This document shows positions 17,751-25,755 of a stretch of 64,000 nucleotides of DNA, in pieces (the first letter of the stretch is position 1; each line of letters begins with the position of its first letter). The translations under genes and the position numbers were made by a program. Source of the stretch: an uncultured Alphaproteobacteria bacterium (lineage in GTDB: Bacteria > Pseudomonadota > Alphaproteobacteria > Methylaequorales > Methylaequoraceae); the NCBI GenBank assembly GCA_902523675.1, contig CABZAL010000003.1, forward strand, positions 8,571-72,570. Reading direction: 5' to 3'. Under the pieces are notes generated by a model that was not told where the DNA came from, made no database searches, and saw nothing but the letters and a program-made list of their open reading frames with translations.

Positions 17751-20264
17751 ATGAATATTATAAAAAATCCAACAAAATTTATTCATTTAATATTTCTTAA
17801 ACCAAAATTAAATATTTTGGTATTCCTGATTTTATCATTTTGTAGTTTGGTATTTACAAAAAATAATTTAGATATAATAACTGATACAGACAAACTTATC
17901 TCTTCTGATCTTGAATTTAAAAAAAATCAAAAAAAACTAAGTGAAAAGTTTCCAATTTTATCTAATAATATTTTAATTTCCCTAAAAAGTGAAAATGAAG
18001 AACTTCTAGAAAAAAAAGTACAAGAAATTATAAAAGAACTAAAAAAAAAATTTGAAAATATTGATTTTATTTTTTCACCCAATTTTGAACCTTTTTACAA
18101 AAAATATTCTCTAATATTAATGGGTGAGGAAAATCGATCTAAACTAATAAGTAAACTTTATGAAAAACAACCTTTCTTATCTGAATTAAACAATAATTCT
18201 AAACTATTAGGTTTAAATAATTTATTAGAATTATTTACTACTGACCTTCAAAATAACAGCAATAAATCATCAAAACAAATTAATCTTTTATTGGAAAAAT
18301 TAAGTTTTTCAATTTCTGAAGAAGAGTTCGTAAATTGGAAAAATCTTTTTTCAGAGGGAAAAAAAGAATTTTTTATTTTATTTAAAATCAATGAAAAACA
18401 AATTAATGATGGAAAATTTGATGATCTTTATCAAACCTTATTTGAGTTTCATAAGACAAGTCAAGAACAATTATCAATTAACTTTACTGGAGGTTTGGTG
18501 CTTGATTATGAGGAAGTTAAATCAGTTTCAAATGGGGCAGCTAGTGCTGGTATTTTAAGCTTATTATTGGTAACCATAATTCTATTCTTTACATTTAAAC
18601 ATAAAATATTCATTTTTTTTTTAATACTTACAATCTTTGTAGGTTTGTCAATTACACTTGGATTGACTTCAGTTTTTGTAGGAAAACTAAATATGATTTC
18701 TGTGGCATTTGCTGTTTTATTTATTGGTATTTCAGTTGATTTTGGAATCCAATTTTGTCTCAGATATTTGGAAAATCAATCAGGTTCCAAAAAAAAAATT
18801 GAAAATACCTTTAAAAGTATTTTTAAATCATTGTTAATAGTTTCAATAACTTCAATCGCAGGATTTTTATCTTTTATTCCAACAGATTATACTGGTTTAT
18901 CTGAATTAGGAATCATATCCAGTATTGGTTTAATAATAGGTTTAATATGTAATCTTATTTTTTTACCATCTTGCTGTTTATTAATCTCAAAAATTCATCC
19001 TAAAAATATTGCGCAAACAGAGAGTAATCTTTATAAAATAATCTATTTTATTAATGAAAGAGATAATTTCTTTTTACCAATGTTCGCTCTTATTTTCGTG
19101 ATAGGAATAATTTTTTCAAAGAAAATTATATTTGATTCTGATCCAATGAAACTTAAAGATCAAAAATCACAATCTGTTATTTTAGCTCAAGATTTAATGG
19201 AAAAAAACCCTTCTTCAGATTATACAATTTCTGTATTAGTTGATGAGAAAAATGATAAACAAAAAAGTAATATAAAAAAAAATGAAATTATCAAGGGTGT
19301 TTTTAGGATTTCAGATTTTAAGCTTGACTCTGAAATAATTGAAGAAATATCGTATTTAAACTTTTTATTAAAAAGAAAAAGTGTACAATTTTATTCAGAA
19401 TATACTCAATTAGATAGATTAAGAAATATTTTAAATGATACAGAAAAGACGGAAAATCCTGAATTAGCTGAAAATTCAAAAAATCTTTTAAAAAATCTTA
19501 GCCAAATTGATAGCCCTGAAAAGTTTTTAAATTTGCAAGACCTTTGGTTTCAAAATTACGAACAGTTTGCAGACGATTTGTATGCATTATTAGAAATAGA
19601 GGCTTACATAAATTATAATAAAGTAAAGTTTCCAGATTATTATAAAGATAGATATATTTCAGATGATGGTTTTGAGCGTCTAGAAATTATTGCTAAAAAA
19701 GATATAAAAAAAAGAGAAAATCTTTTAGAATTTGTAAATCATGTATATAAATTTTTTCCGAACGCTTCAGGAATGCCAGTTATACAATTCCAAGCAGGAA
19801 ATATTGTCATAAAAGCATTTATTTTTGCGTTTTTAGTTTCACTTTTATTTTTAATTTCATTCATTTTATTAATTTTTAGAAACTTAAAAATCCTATTGTT
19901 ATGTGTATTACCACTTTTTTTTGGTTTGGCATTATCAATAATTATTATGAAAATAATCAATATCGATCTTAATTTTGCGAATATGATTGCGCTTCCATTA
20001 TTATTTAGTTTGGGAACATCATACTCAATTTACATTGTAAAAAGATTTCTTGATTTAAAATCATTAAAAAAATTATTACTTAGTAGTACTCCTAATGCTG
20101 TATTTTCCAGTGGACTAACAACTATTGGATCCTTTTCAACTCTATCCATCTCTTCACATTATGGCACTTCCTCAATGGGTTTGTTGTTGTTTATTTGTTT
20201 ATCCTCCGTATTGTTTTCTTGTTTAATATTTTTACCATTACTTATCAAGAGAATTTACCAATAA
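17751..20264 (+). CDS. MMPL/RND-superfamily exporter, HpnN-like (predicted lipid exporter)
   Basis: 837 aa with two 6-TM bundles, each preceded by a large soluble loop. The N-terminus ...TDTDKLISSDLEFKKNQKKLSEKFP resembles the HpnN N-terminal segment as I recall it. Confidence 0.7.
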   Translation: MNIIKNPTKFIHLIFLKPKLNILVFLILSFCSLVFTKNNLDIITDTDKLISSDLEFKKNQKKLSEKFPILSNNILISLKSENEELLEKKVQEIIKELKKKFENIDFIFSPNFEPFYKKYSLILMGEENRSKLISKLYEKQPFLSELNNNSKLLGLNNLLELFTTDLQNNSNKSSKQINLLLEKLSFSISEEEFVNWKNLFSEGKKEFFILFKINEKQINDGKFDDLYQTLFEFHKTSQEQLSINFTGGLVLDYEEVKSVSNGAASAGILSLLLVTIILFFTFKHKIFIFFLILTIFVGLSITLGLTSVFVGKLNMISVAFAVLFIGISVDFGIQFCLRYLENQSGSKKKIENTFKSIFKSLLIVSITSIAGFLSFIPTDYTGLSELGIISSIGLIIGLICNLIFLPSCCLLISKIHPKNIAQTESNLYKIIYFINERDNFFLPMFALIFVIGIIFSKKIIFDSDPMKLKDQKSQSVILAQDLMEKNPSSDYTISVLVDEKNDKQKSNIKKNEIIKGVFRISDFKLDSEIIEEISYLNFLLKRKSVQFYSEYTQLDRLRNILNDTEKTENPELAENSKNLLKNLSQIDSPEKFLNLQDLWFQNYEQFADDLYALLEIEAYINYNKVKFPDYYKDRYISDDGFERLEIIAKKDIKKRENLLEFVNHVYKFFPNASGMPVIQFQAGNIVIKAFIFAFLVSLLFLISFILLIFRNLKILLLCVLPLFFGLALSIIIMKIINIDLNFANMIALPLLFSLGTSYSIYIVKRFLDLKSLKKLLLSSTPNAVFSSGLTTIGSFSTLSISSHYGTSSMGLLLFICLSSVLFSCLIFLPLLIKRIYQ

Positions 20265-20270
20265 GGTAAC

Positions 20271-21590
20271 TTATATTTTTTCATTGTTATCAAATCCTCT
20301 GAAGGTTTTGAATCTTGGAAAACGAGCACTCCAAAAATCTCCATCTTGACTTTTAGTAATTGCATCTGCTTTTATTTCAATAATCTGATTGATTAATTTA
20401 TCTTTGTTAATCCAAAATTCTTCTCGTTGTTGATCAGAAAAACCTGATCCAATACTAATTTTAAAACTTTTACCATTATCTTTACCTTCTGCTTTTATTG
20501 CGCCTAATCTCCCAATATGCTTTCCGGTTCCTTCCTCCAGTTTTTTTACCTTTAATGAAATTTCAATAACTGGTTTTGATTTTAACCATGAAAATGATCT
20601 TTTACATTCATATTTTGCATTTGGATCTTTTATCATTATACCTTCAAAACCCTTTAAAACAGCTTCATTATTAATATCTTTAAATCGCTTTTTTCCTGAT
20701 TCTGAATCTAAATTAATTACCTCAGATTTAAGTAACCTAACATTTGAAAGAATACTCTTATTTTTTTCATACCATATTTCTAAATTTCTTTTTCTTAAAT
20801 TTTGAGATTGTTTAGATTCTCCTTTTTGAAATTCCTTAAGGGATAATATATCAAATAAATTTAAGACTGCATCACTATTTTGAATAGTATCTTTTCTATA
20901 AATCTGTTTCATTAATTCTTGAAAGTTTTTGCTAACAATCTCTCCATCGAGAACAAAAGATTCTTTTATTTCCATTAAATTTATGGTTTTTCTCAACTGT
21001 AATTTGACGTTTTCAAAATTTAATAACTCTTTTCCATTCCTGCTAAACATATCAACATTTCCATTTTTGTTCATTACTGAAATCACTCTCACTCCATCGA
21101 GTTTATTTTCAATAATTTTATCACCTATGAGTTTCTTTTTATGTTGTTCTGAATCTTGAGCAAGTTGACATTGAAATACGGGGATTAGAAATTCTTCAAA
21201 ACCATTTTTTTTTGCAACATTATTAATTGTTTTTTCTGATAGACCACACCGTAAATCTTTTATTAGAATTCTTCTGTAGAAAAAGTTCCATTCATCTTTA
21301 ATTGATTTTTCCATTAGATCAAAAATTTTATCCCTAGCATTATGACCAGTTAATTCCCGATTATTTAGGTCAAGCAAAACTTCTTTAAATTCTGTCCAAA
21401 ATATTCCAGTTCCGGATTTTTTTGACTCTGGAACTTGTTTTACTCCAAATGTAATCAATCTATTACAAGCATATTTGAGTCCCTCAAAAAATAAAAAATT
21501 TTTATTTTTCATTTCTCTGAGTAAAACCTCTTCTTTAAAAAGTCTTGATCTGTTTGACTCTAATTCCTGAATTATTTTATAATTTTCCAT
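20271..21590 (-). CDS. ATP-dependent DNA ligase with an N-terminal extension of about 150 aa (putative DNA-binding domain)
   Basis: 439 aa. Nucleotidyltransferase motifs appear in order: I ENKLDGVR, III FVLDGEIV, IIIa LNLFDIL, IV EGIMIKD, V WLKSKP, then an OB-fold tail. The start overlaps the upstream nuclease gene by 14 nt. Confidence 0.85.
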   Translation of the reverse strand: MENYKIIQELESNRSRLFKEEVLLREMKNKNFLFFEGLKYACNRLITFGVKQVPESKKSGTGIFWTEFKEVLLDLNNRELTGHNARDKIFDLMEKSIKDEWNFFYRRILIKDLRCGLSEKTINNVAKKNGFEEFLIPVFQCQLAQDSEQHKKKLIGDKIIENKLDGVRVISVMNKNGNVDMFSRNGKELLNFENVKLQLRKTINLMEIKESFVLDGEIVSKNFQELMKQIYRKDTIQNSDAVLNLFDILSLKEFQKGESKQSQNLRKRNLEIWYEKNKSILSNVRLLKSEVINLDSESGKKRFKDINNEAVLKGFEGIMIKDPNAKYECKRSFSWLKSKPVIEISLKVKKLEEGTGKHIGRLGAIKAEGKDNGKSFKISIGSGFSDQQREEFWINKDKLINQIIEIKADAITKSQDGDFWSARFPRFKTFRGFDNNEKI

Positions 21591-22311
21591 TTACACTTTC
21601 CAAGTTGGAGAAGTAATTACAGTATGCACAATTATTCTTTTGTGTTGGAATCTGATCATTCTTAAGTATATTATAAATATCGTAAATAGTATTCTCAACC
21701 CAATAATTATCAAGAACTTTTGAAAACAAATGAGAATCAAAATATAATTTATTTTCAAAGGTTTTTTGATTTTTTTTTCCGTTTAACAATAATAAGTAAC
21801 CTACATTAGAGATATCTAGGCCATTTTTTTCTAGTAAATATTTGTAATAAGCCAAATGTCTCCAATATCCAAACCAGACAATTGATTCGTCTAGGTTTTT
21901 ACTTTTTGAAGTACTTTTAAAATCTACAACACATATTTTTTTAACATCTTTATCAAACCACAAATCATTTAAAGTTGCAGTAAGTTTAAGATTGGTTTCT
22001 TTATGTACGAAGGAAACCCCAACCAAAGGATTTCGCCAAATTTCTAGACTTTCATGGTTAATTGGTATTAAATTTTTATTATTAATAATTTTATTTGTTA
22101 CATTTTTTTTTAACCTCAAAAGATTGAAGTGATCTTTTACTAATTTAATAACTGTATTATTCAAGACAGATGGAGGTCCATGAGGTCTCCTAATACCTTT
22201 TTTAGTATTAAAAAAAAAACATTTTTTACAATCAAAATATAAATCTATTTTCGTTCTATTCAATTCAAAGGGTGCAAGATTATTTTTTATGTAAATTTTT
22301 TTTTTCCACAT
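21577..22311 (-). CDS. PD-(D/E)XK nuclease superfamily protein, Cas4/RecB-like, with N- and C-terminal CxxC pairs
   Basis: 244 aa. LNDLWFD...VVDFKST fits the D...(D/E)xK core and is followed by HLAYYKYLL. Cys pairs are FDCKKCFF and NNCAYCNYF. Confidence 0.55.
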   Translation of the reverse strand: MWKKKIYIKNNLAPFELNRTKIDLYFDCKKCFFFNTKKGIRRPHGPPSVLNNTVIKLVKDHFNLLRLKKNVTNKIINNKNLIPINHESLEIWRNPLVGVSFVHKETNLKLTATLNDLWFDKDVKKICVVDFKSTSKSKNLDESIVWFGYWRHLAYYKYLLEKNGLDISNVGYLLLLNGKKNQKTFENKLYFDSHLFSKVLDNYWVENTIYDIYNILKNDQIPTQKNNCAYCNYFSNLESVNGKL

Positions 22312-22437
22312 CTTGAAAGAACCTGAATTATTTATGTAGTATAATATAAAAGTCAGATGAATACAAAAAATTGGTTAGTTGGATTTTTTTGGCTAAAATA
22401 AAATTGACAATTAATTTATTAACTGGAAATATAAAGA

Positions 22438-22839
22438 ATGTATTTTTTTCGAATTATTTTTTTTTCATTAATCATAGTTTTATTGAATTCAAAAAATTTA
22501 TTTGCAATGGAATTAAATATTTTATGTATTGAAAAAAATTTTGGCAATAAACAAAAAGATATTAAGGATATAATTATAAACTTAAATTCTAACACTAAAC
22601 AGGTTACAATTGGTGGTTTAAAATTTATAGCAGATGAATTTAATATAACAGAATCAAATATAAGATGGAATGCTAAAAACATAAAGAATCTCTATGACGA
22701 TACGAATGGTTTTACAAGTGGAACACTTGGAAGATTCTCTGGAAACTTATCTTTAGTTTTTACTAAGGAAAGTAGTTTGAAAAAAAATGTAATGATACTA
22801 ACTTGTAATAAGTTTAAAATGAAAGATCGAAAATTTTAA
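22438..22839 (+). CDS. hypothetical exported protein
   Basis: 133 aa with signal-like MYFFRIIFFSLIIVLLNSKNLFA and two Cys (C30, C123). Preferred over the antisense 87-aa ORF (22419-22682), which is pure low-complexity hydrophobic sequence. Confidence 0.45.
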   Translation: MYFFRIIFFSLIIVLLNSKNLFAMELNILCIEKNFGNKQKDIKDIIINLNSNTKQVTIGGLKFIADEFNITESNIRWNAKNIKNLYDDTNGFTSGTLGRFSGNLSLVFTKESSLKKNVMILTCNKFKMKDRKF

Positions 22840-23829
22840 TTATCTATTTATAAATAGCTTGCTTGAATCAACATATTTCTCAATACTTTTTCTACAGAAT
22901 AATAAAATTTCGTCCTCAACTTCTTTTTTATAGAAAACTCTTTGTTCGTCTTTTTTTAAGTGCATGAAAAAGTCTACTTTTTCAGGGTAGAGATTTGAGA
23001 TTTTTGTATAAAAATTTTTTGGCATTCTAAATGATCCAATAGTCATCGAGTGAACTCGATTTTTATCTATTAAATTAAAAATTAGCTCAAAAAAATTCTT
23101 ATAAATTTGTTTAAAATTCTCACAATAAATAATTGGATCGAACCTTAAGCCTATTTTCCAACCAGCAGCTTGAAGTTTCTTTATAGCATTTAAACGTTTT
23201 AATAATTTAGGAGTCTTATTTTCGTAGATATTTATTATTTCATTTGGACTAATACTAAAGGCAATCACAACATTTGGGTGAGGAATTTTTTTTAATAAAA
23301 AGTTTATTTGAGTACTTTTTGTCCTAAACTCTAAAATAATATTTGGGTATTTTTTTAGATTTTTAAGCATATATTTACCAAATTTAGAGATAGGCTCTAA
23401 AGCAAGACTATCACAGTCGTATCCAGAGAAAAAATGAATATTTTTTGCATTAGAGCTAATTATTTTCTCTTCGATGGATTTTAAAAAATCTTTATAATTT
23501 ATAAAAATCACATAGTTTGCTGATCTTAACATTCCTTGTAAAAAACAATATCTACAATCATATATACAATTCAACATATGGGAAAAATAAAAATTCTCGT
23601 CTCCTCCAATTGTAAAATTCTTAGGTACAATATTTAAAAAGCTTTTATATTTTTTAGCTAAAATTAAAGCTGGTTTTTGTTTTTGAATTTTAAAATTTTG
23701 GTTTTTAACGTTAAAAACTTCTCTATAATTTTCGCAAACAATTAAGTTTCTAGGTCTAACAAGTTTACAAATATCTTTCGTCTTTTTTAAGTTCTTAATT
23801 TTTTTTTCAACGTATATAGTATCAATCAT
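22840..23829 (-). CDS. splB: radical-SAM enzyme of the spore-photoproduct-lyase (SPL) family
   Basis: 329 aa. The CxxxCxxC cluster motif sits in the SPL-type context MLNCIYDCRYCFLQG. Length and position of the motif (about residue 90) fit SPL-family proteins of non-sporulating bacteria. Confidence 0.75.
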   Translation of the reverse strand: MIDTIYVEKKIKNLKKTKDICKLVRPRNLIVCENYREVFNVKNQNFKIQKQKPALILAKKYKSFLNIVPKNFTIGGDENFYFSHMLNCIYDCRYCFLQGMLRSANYVIFINYKDFLKSIEEKIISSNAKNIHFFSGYDCDSLALEPISKFGKYMLKNLKKYPNIILEFRTKSTQINFLLKKIPHPNVVIAFSISPNEIINIYENKTPKLLKRLNAIKKLQAAGWKIGLRFDPIIYCENFKQIYKNFFELIFNLIDKNRVHSMTIGSFRMPKNFYTKISNLYPEKVDFFMHLKKDEQRVFYKKEVEDEILLFCRKSIEKYVDSSKLFINR

Positions 23830-24640
23830 GTTTCAATTTATTTCTTAACTTTTTTAAAATTTCTTCCTTTGCGATTTTTCTTATCTCTAAATATTTTATT
23901 GGTGATTCAAAGTTTCTTAAATAATTCCAATCCTCCAACACATCTTTTAGTTCGCATTGTTCATTTTCATTAAAATTAAAATTTTTGCAGAAATAAAAAA
24001 ATTGCTTTTCTATCTCATCGTTTTGACATTTGGTTTTTCTATAATTAATTTTGTTAATCATTTTTAATTTTTTAACCAATGAATCAATTAAATTCAAATT
24101 ATCTTTTATTAAACCTGAAATATATGGTTTTTCTTTAATATTTATTTTATTGGTTTCATTGTCAGAAATAATTTTAAATAAATGTATTAGTTCACTTGTT
24201 GAGAATTTTAATGCTGTACAAAAAAATCCGCTTGATTCCATATCATATAATGATTTGCAATAATTAATGTTTGGCTTGTCACATGTAATGCAGCTATTAG
24301 TAAGAAAATTATGTGAAAAGGCTTGAATAGGATAGAAGTTCTGATTGGAGGATTTATCTGTGATTTTGTTGACCAAGTATCCATTCCCAAGCGAATAGTT
24401 CTTGTGTCCACAAATTCCTACATTTATCCATATTTGATTTTTTAGTTTAGTATGAACACCGTAAAGATACATAGTGGCAGAAGCAGATCTAATCTTTCCA
24501 ATACCGCTAATAATTAAAAAAATATTACTATTTACATTCCTAAATACCTGAAACATTTGATCAGATTTTATTTGTTTGAGGTTATAAAATTTAATTATAG
24601 GCGAAGACTCCGTATGCGTGGCTACAACAAAGTTAATCAT
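23822..24640 (-). CDS. PNP/UDP phosphorylase-superfamily protein (MTA/SAH-nucleosidase / MqnB / HpnG-like) with an extra C-terminal region of about 90 aa
   Basis: 272 aa. FLIISGIGKIRSASA, NVGICGH and LYDMESSGFF resemble the Pfs-type glycine loop and DMES/DMEsa catalytic segment. The C-terminal region has 3 Cys and no motif I recognise. The stop overlaps the SPL start by 8 nt. Confidence 0.5.
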   Translation of the reverse strand: MINFVVATHTESSPIIKFYNLKQIKSDQMFQVFRNVNSNIFLIISGIGKIRSASATMYLYGVHTKLKNQIWINVGICGHKNYSLGNGYLVNKITDKSSNQNFYPIQAFSHNFLTNSCITCDKPNINYCKSLYDMESSGFFCTALKFSTSELIHLFKIISDNETNKINIKEKPYISGLIKDNLNLIDSLVKKLKMINKINYRKTKCQNDEIEKQFFYFCKNFNFNENEQCELKDVLEDWNYLRNFESPIKYLEIRKIAKEEILKKLRNKLKHD

Positions 24641-24641
24641 G

Positions 24642-24932
24642 TTATTTTCTCTTCGGCTTGAAATTATCCGAATATGATTTTAAAATTTGTTTTGGTTGAT
24701 TGGGGACGAAAACTTCATAGTCTAAATTATTTTTTTCAGCAAAATTAATTGCACTTTGCAAATCATTGAATGAGATTTTAATTTGATCTTCAATATTTTT
24801 CGAGCTACTCCAATCAAAATATAAATTTAGTGATCTCTCATTTATATCCATTGATTCTAGATACCATTTTTTGGTATTTTTAATCCCAGACTGCATAGCA
24901 GATTTGGATTTTTTATAAATTTTATATTTCAA
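24642..24932 (-). CDS. NDUFS4 (complex I 18-kDa/AQDQ subunit)-like ETC_C1 domain protein
   Basis: 96 aa. KSKSAMQSG...KKWYLE...NLDYEV matches the small alphaproteobacterial homologue of mitochondrial NDUFS4 as I recall it. Confidence 0.65.
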   Translation of the reverse strand: MKYKIYKKSKSAMQSGIKNTKKWYLESMDINERSLNLYFDWSSSKNIEDQIKISFNDLQSAINFAEKNNLDYEVFVPNQPKQILKSYSDNFKPKRK

Positions 24933-25755
24933 TGTATCCCCACTCAGACCAAGAACCGTCGTATAAGTAATTAAACTTTTTATCTAGAATTTCAAGAGCA
25001 AAAATTATATTGCATGCTGTGATTCCTGAACCGCACGAAACAATAATATTTTTTTCAAAAATTTTTTTTCCAACTTTAAATACCTCTTTCAACTTTTTAT
25101 CCTCTAATAAAAATCCTTCACAGTCAAAAATTTTGTGGAAAGGGATATTTATACTGTTTGGTATTGTTCCTTTTATAACTGATTTTCTAGGTTCTTCTAC
25201 TTTTCCTTTAAACCTCTCCTCTGATCGAGCATCTACTATTAAAAATTCACTCTTTGAAATTGCTTTTCTTACTTCTAATTTATTTTTTATTTTTGTTTTA
25301 TCAAAGTTAACTGTGTAGATAGATTTTTTTTGAGTAGATATTTGATTTGTAATTTTTAGCCCTCTTTTTATCCAATTTTTTAAACCTCCATCTAAAATTA
25401 ATACTTCTTTATGTCCAAATATTTTAAATGTAAACCAAACCCTGCAAGACGTAAAAAAACCTATTTGATCATAAATTATGACTTTATCACAATTTTTAAT
25501 TCCCATTTTTTGAACTTGGCTTTTAAAAAAACTCTCTTCAGGCATCATATGTGGAATATTTTTTTTAGTTTTATAAAAAAAATCTATATCAAAAAAAATT
25601 GCACCTGGGATATGATTTTTTTTATATTCAATATATCCTTTTTTGGGATCTTCTAGAAACCAACTTGCATCCAACACTTTAGTATCATCATTAATTAAAA
25701 TCTTTGAGAGCTTGGTGCTACTGATTAGATTTATTTCTCTTATTTTTGTAACCAT
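24922..25755 (-). CDS. sseA: 3-mercaptopyruvate/thiosulfate sulfurtransferase (tandem rhodanese)
   Basis: 277 aa with two rhodanese domains. Active-site loop VSCGSGITACNI. Confidence 0.85.
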   Translation of the reverse strand: MVTKIREINLISSTKLSKILINDDTKVLDASWFLEDPKKGYIEYKKNHIPGAIFFDIDFFYKTKKNIPHMMPEESFFKSQVQKMGIKNCDKVIIYDQIGFFTSCRVWFTFKIFGHKEVLILDGGLKNWIKRGLKITNQISTQKKSIYTVNFDKTKIKNKLEVRKAISKSEFLIVDARSEERFKGKVEEPRKSVIKGTIPNSINIPFHKIFDCEGFLLEDKKLKEVFKVGKKIFEKNIIVSCGSGITACNIIFALEILDKKFNYLYDGSWSEWGYIEI

